Source of the DNA: Trichinella spiralis
Taxonomy: Eukaryota
Assembly (NCBI RefSeq): GCF_000181795.1
Contig: NW_003526941.1
Coordinates: forward strand, 11,049,159 to 11,113,158
Reading direction: 5' to 3'
Length of the DNA stretch: 64,000 nt
Part shown: one piece after another, positions 1 through 13,500 of the stretch
How the letters are laid out: each line of letters opens with the position of its first letter
Numbering within the stretch: position 1 is the first letter of the stretch
Position numbers and translations under genes: made by a program
Notes under the pieces: model-generated
What the model was told of the DNA's origin: nothing
Seen by the model: only the letters and a program-made list of their open reading frames with translations
Database searches by the model: none

Positions 1-1880
1 AACGCCATACCCAAATGCAAATTGGAAAACTGAACTCATTCGACGAATTTAATCTACACAACTGTACGAAATAACAAATTAAATCATAAATTTCTTGACA
101 CAGTTCATCGTTGAACTATTATACATAATTGGAAAATCTGCCTTGAAAGTTTATCAATTTTTATGCGTATTAAAATGAAAAAAATACTCAAATACTTGAA
201 TACACATGCTTTCATACTTTAAATACAACAGGAAAATATGTTTTAATGTAAATTTCTACCTTTATGCAGTTTCTTTCACTTGCCGCACCGCAACCATTAA
301 TGGAAAATCTCTCAAATGAAAATATTAACCATCGATACAACGCTTGCTTTCCTCTGATTGGTCTGTTACTCTGTAACCATCTTATCGGTGATTTGGCAAT
401 TGATTACTGTATTTTACGGTATTTTTCATTGTGAACTGTAGTTTCATGATTTTATTTTTACACTATACTTCAAATACCTATTTGAATATTTTTTACGCAT
501 TGCTTCCTCCATTCACAGGCAGCGTCGAACTGAAACTGATGTTGACGTAATAATCAATGAAAATTTTTTAAAAATACTTTGACAATTAAAGCGTTTAATA
601 TTAAGTGAATTTCAACTTAGTTTCAATTTCTTTTCTTCTTATAGATGTACATAAATTTTTTTTAATATTTTCTTCTAAACAATACAGAATTGTGAGTCAT
701 TCAATCACCCTCTTGTTTTAAATATGAATCACTAATTTAATATACACACATTTATTTATTATTTGATAATTGCATAGAAAAAATAAATAAATAATCACCA
801 AAAATTATAGTGCAATGAATGAAATAAAATTTAAACAAAACCTTAAAAATGATTGCTTGGAAGGTGTGAACAGAAATTTCAACTTGGAAAAGCCTAATGC
901 AAATGGCCATACCAATAGCATGTTCGTATTCAAAAAAGAAGACAAATTTCTTCATCGTTATGTAACTAATTATAAATCAAAGAACTGCAATTTACCAAAC
1001 GGTTTCTCATTGTTCAGTTCTCATCTTCATTTGGGGTACATTTTGAAGTATGATTAATCATTTTCATAAAATGAAAATGAATACAAAGTGAGTGACTGGT
1101 TTAGCACTGGAAGTTATTTCTCAGTTATTTTGAAAATGAAAGTGCACCTCTTCTATCCACTATCAAATGGTATTAAAATGTAATTGTTTCAAATCAAGAA
1201 ACTAAGCATATAATATTGAATGCTCATGCAATTTTCATTCATTTCTCCTTACAATTAAAGGCAACACAAAATTCTCTATTCTAACTGCTGCATTATGGTT
1301 GAAGAAGATTTAAATATAACCGTGCCATTCATGAAATGACTTTGATTTTTTACTGTTAGCATTTATTTCGCGAACGTTATTTTGAATTCCGCAAAGTTTA
1401 GTCAATTTGAAAATTAAAACACATAAACCGCATGCTCAATGTTTGTTAAATGCTTACACACTAAACGGTGAATTATATCACAATCATTCGAAAAATGATT
1501 CAGATCGATTCAAATTCGAAAATGATCTAGCCTAATCAAATTGATTAATGAGAAAAGTTTCCGCCAAAGTGAGCCGGCGCGGATTTATTTGTACATGTGC
1601 GGTGGAACTTTTCCTTCGCGTTCACGTATCGGTCAAGATTTGCATTGGTAATATATTGCCATTGGTTGAAATAACTTGCAATATGATTCGACCTCATGTA
1701 AATGGTTTTTATTGGACTGTAATTGTTGGGATTCCATTAGCTAATAATTTCTAGTATTTGATTAGCCAATAACTCTCAATTTTGAATGGGTGCAATATCC
1801 AATGATTCATTGGTTCATTTTGCTTTCTTTTATATTTCTGTTACAATTATGCTAATATTAAATGAAATTTGAAATTCTAA

Positions 1881-1897
1881 TTAACCCTTTCATTATG
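1881..1897. mobile_element. Candidate piggyBac terminus: TTAA target site followed by a CCCTTT... TIR start
   Basis: TTAACCCTTTCATTATG at 1881-1897 lies about 220 bp beyond the transposase stop codon. piggyBac ends are TTAA followed by CC(C/Y). I found no matching GGGTTAA end upstream of the gene. Confidence 0.45.
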
Positions 1898-2104
1898 AAA
1901 TTATTTTCCTTCAGCAGAATTGAAAACTTTTAATTCTGATCATTTTATAGATTTTAACTGTGAAATATTTTCACGTAGTTAGATGATTATTTCTAGGTTG
2001 TTGGAACGAGATTTGAAACATCAGCCCTTTGTTTATGCATCAATAAAAGCAATTTGCATAAAAAACTATTTTCCAGTTTAATTGTTTCATACATTACTCT
2101 AGCT

Positions 2105-3902
2105 CTAACGTGTATGATAACTGCGAAAACAGTTCCGTTCTTGTGTAAGACATAAAAAAACCTGGCATTTGCTACAGCTAAATTGTACTATTTTCGAGCA
2201 AAGCTTGCATCGCATTCGCTTTTCGCTAGACAAAGGCCAGTGAGAAATTTCGTCGTAGCGCAAATCAGCGGCTAAGGATCTCGTCAAAATGCGGGTTCCT
2301 CTTGTAGTCCCATCTGCCGTTGGACTGGTCGACAAGCGTGACTTCGGTCCTCTTCGAACAAGTTCAGATGCTTCTTCAGCATGGCACAGCGAACTCGCTA
2401 CACTAATAGTAAAATCCAACAAGTTCAACGGCTTTTCTGAAGAGCCGGAAAACTCTTCGACGTCTTTTCGGTAAATGAGCCACGCATTTGCTACTGCGGA
2501 ACTCAGCAACCAGTACAAGATTCTTCGGTGCCATTTTTTGCTTTTGTGGTCCAATTTGTATAGACCGTTCAGCATGTTGCTTATGTGAACACCACCCATC
2601 GACTGTCTGTAGTCGTTGACAATTTGGGGAACAGGAACTTGGATGAACGTTTTACGTTTCATATCATACATCTGCTTTTCCACGACAGGATCCGTACCGA
2701 CAAATGTAGAAGACAGTATCACTGGGCGGTTGTCCAACCACTTAACAAGACCAACACCGTGTTTGGGGTCGGTGACGGCCGCGTATGAACCCCTACCACG
2801 TCGTTTGAGGTTCGAGTCGTCTTCCAGTTTGGCGCCTCTCAGGCGGTTCGATCGCAGAGTTCCAGTGCTCCATATTCCCATCTCCTTCAGCATCACTTGA
2901 ACCTCGAGGAAATTAAAGTGACTGTCAAAGTAGACTTTGTGGTTGGCGTGTTTGGGTAAAGTTTCGCACAACTTCAACACCACATCTCCTGACACAAAGC
3001 CGGACGACATTTCAACTTCTACTTCGTTGTCGTCACAAAACAGGAAGTCATATAGGAGACCAGAAGCACCGCATCTTACATAAATCTTTATTTCCCATTT
3101 ATTCGGTTTACACGGAAGCGGCTGACGAATGCCGCAACGCCCTTTGAATGGTATTACTGATTGGCCAATGGAGTGTTTTTCTTCATTTTTCAGTCCCCTG
3201 CAAGACTGAAGAAACAAATTGAGAAGAGGCCGGACTTTGTAAAATGTGTCGTAGGACGGATGGTGTCGGTCAAGAACGGCTTTTTCGTTGTCGTTGAAGT
3301 GCAAAAAACGTAAGAGTTCAATAAATCTGTTGCGGCTCATACTGTTCGCAATTGAATCCACACGGAAGTATGCCGACCAGTACATTCTGAACTGTGGAAG
3401 CGTAACCACTCCCATCTTGAGAAGCACGCCGAGAAACGTTTCCACTTCGGTTTCAGTTGTTCTAAACTTTGATTTCTTCTGTGCAGCATAGATATTTGTG
3501 TATTCTGTTATTAGACGAATTGCATCTTTGGTGATAAAATATCTGAAGTAGTCAACTGGACTCTTTTCTTGTTCATCGCCTGAAATGTGGTTACATGTAC
3601 AAATGCATATTTGAATTACTCGCACTTTCGTCCATGGAATCTTCTTCCGTCCAAGGTACATCGCGATTGACTAATCGTTGGCTTTTCCACTTGAAATTGA
3701 ACGTCTTTTTTCGTCTTCTTTCAGATACCTCAATCGGCGTTTCTTCATCTGAGCTGAAGTTTTCTTCCTCACCATCTGCTAGCAATTCAACTGACTCATC
3801 AGAATCTATATCAAGTTCAGAATCGTCGGCATCCGGCAAAACTATCAGCTCTGGTTCCAAACGACCATGGCAATTTCTTCTAACATGCATATCAACGTTC
3901 AT
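2105..3902 (-). CDS. piggyBac-derived (PGBD-like) transposase, 2 exons (about 3626-3902 and 2105-3579)
   Basis: Acidic N-terminus (DADDSELDIDSDES); motifs MSRNRF..LRFLHF, YKVRPLL, IPFKGR...KPNKW, VYFDSHF, GTLRSNRL, WLDNRPV, YRQSMGGV, KKWHRRI...AVANAWLIY; C-terminal Cys-rich domain RCKLC..CSKCQVFLC..NCF..YH. The two overlapping ORFs join in frame through a 46-nt GT..TTTCAG intron (3580-3625). The start codon is approximate. Confidence 0.9.
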
Positions 3903-4607
3903 GTTCACACGCAAACAAACGATAAAAACAGGGAATGATTTGGTTTCAAATCCGAGTTCTTTATATATTGGACAAAATGGCGAAAACAATTTTGACCCAG
4001 CCACCAATGACTAATACCTGTGGCATGCAGACTTGTTTTTCTCAGTTTTGAGCTTACAGATTTAACTACACTCATCAAGCAAGCATACGTGCCAGTTGTG
4101 TCGATGAGAAGAAGCCTCAGCTACAGAGACAGACAACTGACAGAGAACTAAACGTCATTCGTGTACATTCTAGTAACCGGCAGGTATGCAAAACATATTT
4201 TTGCCATTCACCATCTGAAAATAACTAGACGTAGCAGCTGACGTGATAGCTGACTACAATAAACTTTTATAAATTAGATGATCTGTTCCTCTGCTTTGAT
4301 AAAATCGCATTTACCAATTCATCTGATGTGACAAAAGACGCGAAAATATCTGACAAAGGCATATGCAACACATTTATCAAACTCTTAGAACAAAGCCGCA
4401 TTTTGTCTAACTGGCGTCTAAACGACCAGTAAGAAAGGTGGTGAAAATTTAGCCTCAAGTCGAAAATACTCTTAGCATCGCGCAAAATTAATTTCTGGTA
4501 GTGTCTGTTGATAGTTCAGAAAAGTATAAATTATTGTTACAAAATAGTTCTCGACGAAATAAATTACTCAGATGGGATTTCAAAGTTCATATTCGATCCC
4601 GGAGTTC

Positions 4608-4650
4608 ATCGACCCCTTGGGGTCGATATCGACCACTTTGGCTACCCCTG
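4608..4650. mobile_element. Possible hAT-type DNA transposon or MITE terminus fragment
   Basis: The minus strand reads CAGGGGTAGCCAAAGTGGTCGATATCGACCCCAAGGGGTCGAT. The CAGGGG....AAA start resembles hAT (Buster/Charlie-like) TIRs, and it is followed by overlapping palindromes ATCGACCCC-TT-GGGGTCGAT and GGTCGATATCGACC. No partner end or TSD was seen. Confidence 0.4.
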
Positions 4651-7600
4651 CCTCAGGCCAATCGGAGAACGGGAGGGACAAATTTCACCTGGGAAGCACC
4701 CCTGCTGTGTGCGTTAACTAGCAAAAGCAGCTAACTGAAGAAGGACATATGTTAAATCTACAAAATATGAATTCAAATTAATTATTAGTACAGGACAACG
4801 TGATGTACCTCAGCACCTTTACTCAAGATCAGTTATTATTATTATTATTATCGTCACTCTCCTGACACATGCAACGACTCTCTCTCATTCTCGTTAATCG
4901 TTGCTATCCAGAACAATTAGCATTAATGTTTTTCTGTTCCTTGTAAACCTTACTTTAAACAATGAATAAAAACATAATGATACGTACAACTGTATGTTTT
5001 TTATGTAAAACTCGAGCATAACAGACTACAATTACAAAGAATCAAACATTCGTGGTTTGTGCAAAATTTCAGATAGACTGACAACATTTTATATTTGAAA
5101 ATTCAAAAATGACCCAAGCAAACGGCACTGATCAACAAAAATTGCCCACTAAAACATAAGTATACCAGTAATGTGCGTCTATAAAAAAATGACCCGAGCA
5201 AAATGGTGTCAATTTCTATACTAAACTATGCGTGACAGCTACTGAAGCAACGCTGATTTGCATAATAGGGTAGACAACGTGCGCATATTACCGATCAAGT
5301 CTACGCATTACGCCTATGCAAAATATAACAGCTATTTTTCCTTCAATATTTTAATTTTAAATTTGCCTTTTACTTTACAATTTTGAAACGTACAAAAAAT
5401 TAATGTGTATCAACTGATAATGTAACCAGATGGGTGATATTATTGAAAGACTTATTTATGAAAAAATTTTCAAGTGAGATTTCGGCATTTGAAATAACAA
5501 CAACTGGTTTTAACTCATTGAAATATACATGCACTCGTGTAAAAAGTTTTATAAAAAATATCAAAATAAAACTTACCCTGATGTACACCGTTTCATGCGC
5601 GCCATTCGAAATCTATCAGCGATGAGAGCGTAATCTGCCTTTGATTTTCCTTTTCCGAACCAGAAAAAATGCTCGTCTGTAGAGATTTTCAAAAATAAAT
5701 CTGATTTATTCAGCTAAAACAGCTTAAAAGAACAAACAATCACTGCAGTTTCCATCATGCAAATCTTGAGCGTTCTCACACTTGTCTGTCAACTTGCAAC
5801 ATTTTTAATATGGATTTGTCATCAATTACTGTATATTATAATAACCTAAAAATCTTTATTTACATTGTAAAAATTTATCTTCACATTTTAGTTGAACTGA
5901 ATCGAAAAATATTTGTCAACTTTTACTTACTTCAAAAATATTAATACAAACACAATTAATAAATATTTTACATAAATTTAAAAAATGCATATTTTTGTTT
6001 ATTTATAAAGATGTTGAGAGATTTTTTTCTATACCTACTCATCATTATCTAAAACTCCCCGTGATAAAAACATTACTCCTGGTACGAAAACAACGGTGAC
6101 GCAACGCCAGCTGCACCCCTTGTTTTTCTCAACGGTGAACAATGGAATCGCAATTAAGTGGTCAAATGGTCAGCGTCATGCCATATACCTGCCACAACTC
6201 CGGTGGTCAGCTGCTGAAAAAGCGTCAAAATGAAACGGATATGACAGCGCGGCTGTTCAGACCAGGTGAAGCCGCACAGTACGAGCGATTGCGCAACCAT
6301 CCCGGTTACTTAATTGTTTTTCGGAGGTTCAGGTCAAGAAAAATGTATAATTAAGAGTGAGGAGGGACAATACAAGAAAGAAAGTTATCCTTTCAGACGC
6401 TTGAACCGCTCTTGAGCTATCATTTCGATATTGGTTTCCTTACTTTTACTGAACAAACTTGAATCCCACATCATACGTTGTTCAGATCAGTTACAAGTTG
6501 AAACCTACAGTCCACTTACAAAAGAGATCTACAAGTTCGAAAGAAAGATTTCTTAACAAAAGTTATTTTATTTCTGATTTTCAAACAATTTTAGCTGAAA
6601 AATTTTCGACAAATAATACTGTTATGAAGAACAAGAAATGCACTTTTTGTGTCGAATATTAATAAAGTGGAGCATTTTATAGCGGATGTTATTCAAATTT
6701 TTACTCCCATCACTTCCGGGTTCTGTCAGTTCAGTCACTGCAGACCTTTGCAACTGTTTCGCAATCACTTGTTGCGAATGCAAATGAATATTCTTCAATA
6801 AACTGCAACTGTTTTGCAAGTAAATAATCTCCATGAAGTAAGCAAACAGCAAAGCAAAAGAGAAAACTGCCACCGTGCGGAAACACGCATCCGTGTTAGA
6901 GGTGATGATGGTTGGAAGTTAACGTGGCGGATATTATAGTTGAAATGATTGTTAGAATGATGATCCAATAATTTACCAGTATGCACGGATAGCCGGTGCA
7001 AATTTTCGATGACATCCGTTGAATTATGGAGATGATGATGAAAATTAAAAAAAATGTCGTTCCTGTAGTTGTGAAGCAAACAAATTCTGGGCTGCTGGTC
7101 GATACTGACAGACACAACAGAATGCACAAGGAAAAAGTTATCTACATAAAGCGAAGAATGGTATTTGTGGCCACAGACGCAAATAATCAGTATTATAATT
7201 CATAATAACTAACGGTTAAACATTAAACACTGCATACAACTAACTGTATGCATCAGTTGAGAAAGTAGTTTAAAATTCTGGATTATGTATGTTAAACAAT
7301 TTTCAACTGGAAAACTCTGGTTTAGTTTCACTTTAAAACTTAGAAAAAAAATTTTTTAGTATGCTCAAAACTTCACTTTAAACAGAGCAAACAGTTTTTG
7401 ATGACGATATTTAAACAGACATGGAAAATTATGAGTTCATAATGAAAAAGAAATTCAGAAATTATCATAAATTTCTGAATCAAGAATTGCAACCCACTCA
7501 AAAATCTTTACTACACACGATAAAACAGATATTAAACTATACATAAGACAAGATTCGATTCGTAAACCACAATTTACATGCCTAATTATACATCGCATAT

Positions 7601-7849
7601 TGTGCAAATAGTATAAAATATGCGCACAGATAACAAAACAGCAATTGCACATCTAACCAAAGCACTAGGCTAGCTGCAATGGACAAAAGACATATAAAGA
7701 ACACCATCAAGATGTTTCAGAATGCCAAAATGAAGAAAAAACTGCAAATCACAAAAAGAAAGATGTACAGAAAGAATTAAAATACACAAGGAAAGCAAAC
7801 TATTATTTTTCCCTGGCAATGCCAATTAAAAATTTTTAATTAGTGCAGT

Positions 7850-10517
7850 TTAATTACTGGCAAAAAATTGACAAGTTAGGTAGCTGAGCATCAAAGAAAA
7901 ACCCAACAGCGGCACTGCAATGGACAATTCTCGGGCTCCGTTACAAAAATCGCCAGTACAATAATAAATTACACCTTGAATAGTTTCCAAATCTTTTGTC
8001 CATGGCAGCTGTACACGGGTATTCAAATTTTGCTCCTCTGTTCCATCTTCTTTTTGTTCAGCTGTACATCCTTTAGCAATTAATTCGTGTTCTAAATAAA
8101 AACATACATACATATACTGCGTACAGAAAATGTTTTCAATTATTACAAATGTATCAACAGCCATACTGAAGATAATACTAATAAAAATAACTCATCATCT
8201 TGTAATTTTATGCAAATCAACATATTTCTTTGTTCTCAACTATGATAAATAAATAAATAAATGTTAGCTTGTTTATAAAATTATATTATTAAAGGAGGTA
8301 GAAAATTTTAATCAGTTCAGTTAACTTGAAAAAAAAATCAACTCTATTCAATCAGCGATTTATGAATTCCCAAAACACTCATTGATACGCAACACATTTG
8401 TCTCAAAGAATTAATAAATTACATATTCACCAATGAATGATTATCCTGTAACAATTGAAATTAACAACTCAATTTTGAAAAAAAAAGAAACTAAAAGTTT
8501 CATTAATTAATTAAAAAATTTCTGAAAATTAAATTAAATGTTCTGAAAAGAGAATGCAAATTTAACATCGAACGACAATTTGTGTTTACTTTAAATAGCT
8601 GAAAATGAGGATCAAAATGAAATTAATCAAATAAAATATGCGACACGCTCTATCAAATGACAATTCGATAAAATGAATGACGTGAATCCAACCGTATCAT
8701 TCATTTTTATGAATAAATTATATTATAATATATTCGTTAATTTTTAATTGCTCTAAACTGTTCGCTTTTGTTATGAACTTTCTTTCTTCCATTTAATATA
8801 CAACAGCTTGCTACTGCTTGAATTGGTGTGGTCAACAAAAGCACAATCCCACATAAGTGGAATAATTGATCAACCACTGTCAATGACAATACGCTGTATT
8901 TTCAGACACATTAAAATATTTCGACCGACAATCAAAGCCAGTACTAGCTGCCACCGCAGGTAAGCAAGCAACAACTATGTCGAAACACTTGTCACAACTC
9001 TTCACAATTAGTGAAGAAAATTGAATCCCAAGAGAAAAACACTAAGCACTTTTGCTTTATGAAAGCCAACAAATTCGCCCTTCAAGCGATCAAGCCGTTC
9101 ACTACTGCTACAAATCACAAAAGTCAATATCGACATTTAAGTGAACTTCGACAACAAAATGCAAATATTGATTTTTCATTACAGTGTGTAAAATTGTATA
9201 AATGCTTTTGGATTGAAAAAGGAACATCCAAAAAGCATGACAAATTAAGAAAATTAAGAAGAAAACTTTTTGAAAATTTTCGAAAAGTCAATTTCTGCTG
9301 TCATAAATTGAAAAACGCAACAGCTATTCATCTTGATCGTCTCGATTGCAGTGCAAATCAATTACAACAGGCGTCTCCACAAACCAACTGCGAATGCAAG
9401 TGTTGTCAGCCAATTAACCCCTTTCTATACACACACACAAACACACTTTATAATAATTATGGCTGATTTATTTCTCACGTATATATATATATATATAGAT
9501 AATCCTGGCAAAATGAAGTTGGTAACTGGCAAATGAAAATTTACCAACAACATTTATTATTATTATTAATATCCATCTGTCGAACAATTCAGACAACAAC
9601 AAATGCCACTTGGAGATATTTATCTATCATATATAAAATTCAGCTAATGCTCAAAAGGCTTCAAGACAAAAATTCCGCTTCACAACTAACAATAATAATA
9701 ACAAATGAAAAAATGAATGATCATTTCTTCAAAATTATAAATACTCTTTCAATATAGCATATTCAAATTAGCATTTATATTCTATGTCAAATTAAAGCAA
9801 ACGTATTTGAAATGTACAACGAATGATGCAAACAGTTGAACTTTCAATTTGGGTTCAATATAGAATATATGTAATTCACAATTGGACGTTGAAATTAAAC
9901 TATTATCTACAGATAACAATCTTTGTGCTATTTCACCTTCAGTAAAGCCTATTTCTTCACTTAATGAATGCAAGCAAAATCGAGAATACCTAGTAAACAA
10001 ATGCAAACGCGTCGTGCAAAAGCGGACAGTAAACAAATTCATAAAACAAGTTAATCAGCTAATTTATTGAAATTATTTGATCAACTCTTACAAGCTACTA
10101 CTGAACTGATTAAAAATAATAAACACCAAATTAAAAATTTCGCAAAAACAATAAAACACTGTACTGAAATCTACAGCTTCTCAATTTTCAAATAATATAA
10201 TTATGAATAACGTACTGAAATTATTCACTTATGAACATACCCTGATCAATAATTTTCCAACATGTGCCAGCGCACTGTACACTGCCAGATTGACAGTTAT
10301 CGAAATCCCGCCCCAAACATGTATAACATCGAAATGGTGCACCATTCTCGGATACAGAAGTAGTAGTAGTAGCAGCAGATGATTCGGCACAGAACACTGG
10401 CAATACTATATAAATTTCAACAAAAACAATTACGCTATTTCACATAAACAACAACAACAACAAAAACATACAAAAGAGGCCAGATAGGAATAACGGGTAT
10501 ATGAAAATACTGTACAT
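7850..10517 (-). CDS. Ly6/uPAR (three-finger) family, predicted GPI-anchored secreted protein, about 150 aa; exons 10472-10517, 10241-10405, 7850-8091
   Basis: The spliced product has a signal peptide (MYSIFIYPLFLSGLFLLPVFC), the FRCYTC start motif, C..C-x3-C, KGC, the YYCTGDFCN end motif and a hydrophobic C-terminal GPI-type tail (LSIAVPLLGFSLMLSYL). Both GT-AG introns are phase 1 and keep the frame. Confidence 0.8.
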
Positions 10518-13500
10518 TATCGTGCAATTGTCAAACAATGGCCAAATTAGATTAGCTCAAATCAGAGCGTTGCTCACTCAACTGCCATACAACAGGTGCA
10601 GTAACGGCCGGCTTAATGCCACACTGCCAACTTTACACAAGACCTGTTCTAAACTGACAAGAAACAAGACTAACCAGGGTTACAGTATTTTGTAATTATG
10701 ATTCGCAGGTTGTACCAGTATAATTTTTTTAATTTGCATTTTAAACAGTAAAAAATAAAAATCAGTAACAGTTGCGCAGCACAACTTTTAAACGTTGTGA
10801 AAAGTTATTGCATTTGGAAATTGAAAATAATACTAAAAATGCAAATATAAATGAATATGTAAATTATTGTGTATAGTAAAAAAAAGTATTGCATGACTTT
10901 TTTATAATTAAATTTAGCAAGGAAAACTAAAACTTTGTAATATGCAATAACTGATTTGATAAAAACGAAATGAAATGAAATATAAAATTAGTTTAAGAAA
11001 ATTACAATTTAAACTGAAATTACACTGACAAATTGCACGCAAATGTTTGTGAATTTTTAATTGATTCAAGAGTTGAAATTTTTATCTAAAAAACAACTGT
11101 TTCTAAAACAATTGGATGCTTTCAAAAAATTTTTTTTCAATCAATTGTAAAAGAAGCTGATTTGAGTTGTACACGCGGTTTCTTGTTACGCAGAAAGGTT
11201 CTCAATTTGCAATCCAATTTTACATTGAATAATTTGATTGTTGAAATAAAATTGAATCGCTGAAAAAAACAATAAATAAGTGCTGTTGAAATGAAGTGAA
11301 TTGAAATCAAATTTGAAATTATTTCTTCCAGCCGAGGGAAATTGTCATGGCATTTTTGAAAGCAAGAATCCAAAGCAGACAGGATAAAAATTTCCTTTTC
11401 AATAGATGGTAATTGATATGGTTTGATTTTGCATAATTATTCTTATTCATTTATTTATTTTGAAGCAGAATAGCTGGCAGTTAGTTTCCAATTTCTTCAA
11501 CCAACATTTCACTTGTAAATTGGCGAATAATTAATTAGTTCTAAGTAAATGAGGATAAAGCAAACAGTTCATTTGAAATTCTCCATCATTTCACTTATTT
11601 TAAACAAAGAAGAAAAAATATTGCTTTTCCATTTTTGTTTATTGAAGCTGAATTCAAATTTGCATAAATTCAAAGAGCACAGTTTGTAGAAATATCGGAT
11701 GGACAAAAGTAAACAGTGAATAATGCAGTTGTGAATAGAATTATTAAATTAATAATTCACATTCACAATAACAAAGGAAAACAATTTGGAAAAGTGCTAT
11801 TTGAAAATTGCGTTGTTCTTACAGTGTCATTTTAATTTCAGCAGCAAGCAAATTGAATAAATATTGAAAATCAGTATTATTCTACTGGTTGATCAAAGTC
11901 GTCATTCAATTTCCGCCGTGTCATGGTCAGAACTAATGTTAAAAATACCGTCGTTGAATCATGCGGAAAAACGAGTTTTATCAAACGAAACTTATGCAAT
12001 CCAGTTGAACGAAATTTTTACAACAGCCCAAGGTTAGGTTTGAAAAAATATTTTCAAAAATTTCACAATTATTAAAAAAAAATACGGCAATTTTGAAATA
12101 TTTTGCAAAATTTATTATGAATATGATTTTTTTGCACAAATTGTACTTATCAGCAGAAGTATCTGCAAAATTATAATGAATAATAATGGAAAAATAATGT
12201 CAGCTCTTTGGTCGTGACATTTTTAAATATTAAAACAAAAAAAAATAACTGACACAAGTGTTAAAAAAGTAAAAAATGGAAATTTGTCTTTGCATAAATA
12301 AACGACACGAAAAAAATCATTACGTAGTTCAAAATTGAAAATTTCACGCAGCAATAAGAAGCGTATTTATATATATGTACAGATATGTCGTTAGTAGTTT
12401 TTCTTTTCCTTTTCCATGATTCATCCAAATCAATCCAATCTTACCACAGTGACATAAGCTGAAAGCAAAAAAAAAGGAAAAAAAAACAAAAATGGGCGTG
12501 GTCTTTCTTGATCAGTTTTCAGCATCTTTTTTTGCCAAACGCTAAAATATGCCACGGATATCGGCGTGTACAATCGACATGTCAACGTTTGCTGATGGCC
12601 TTTGTACGCTTTTGGCTAGGCTAAGCGACACAATCCGCCACATCAGCATGATTCAACACGTCGCCTGATTTGCCTATTGATTGCATTCAACGGTAATTTC
12701 TTGGTTAAACAACAACACTACAAAAGGCATGCACATTTCTGCAAATTTCTTCTTGCGCCACTTTATGACAAATGTTGTTGCCTCTTTTTCCATTTATTAA
12801 TAGCAACACTGCTTTTGATTCAGTTCAATATTCCATTTTGCATTACTATTATAGTCTTATTCATTTGAATTCACTTATTAAATTTGTTTTTCACCAGCAA
12901 AATTATTGGTAAGTAAATTTAAATTTCCATCACAAATCAACTCACCAAATATATACAGTATTGGTTTTTGTTTTCTTTGAAAAGTAAATAAATAAATTTT
13001 TTCGAGATTTTTTGCTATTGAAAAAAATTAATGTTTTCATACTGTAAGTGTGTGGAGTAAGATTGTATTTTCAGGATTAGTTGTTTATTTGCAAAACGAA
13101 ACATTATTATTGACGATAGGATTGAATTTGTAAAAAAAATTTTCAAGTATCTTATTGGAAAATTAAAAACAGAATAGTATATCAATTAAATTTGTTCAGC
13201 GGTTTTGAAGAAAATTTAACGAACGAACGATGAGAAATGAATTTTTCTGTTGCTTGAATTTTCACTAATCACTAATTAAGTAAAGTATCGACGAAGCCAC
13301 GTTTATTACGCTAATAAGTAGAAACAGTTTCTTTCCCAAACACGAGAAACCTGTTAATGAAGCCTTATTGTAAGTATGCTTTCTTTAAAATTAGTAACCG
13401 AGCTTGAATTTACTGAACAACGAAATTCTACAAATTGTATTAATTAAAGAATTTAAGTTTATTTTGCATTAATTTTGAATAAATTCCCAAACAAATGTAT

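Noticed and set aside
6060..7170. Moderately GC-rich region with short ORFs (RLFRPGE, reminiscent of an LTR integrase tail, and a purine-rich tract at about 6353-6367)
   Set aside because: No RT, RNase H or integrase core motifs and no LTR pair are visible; too weak to call a retroelement or gene.
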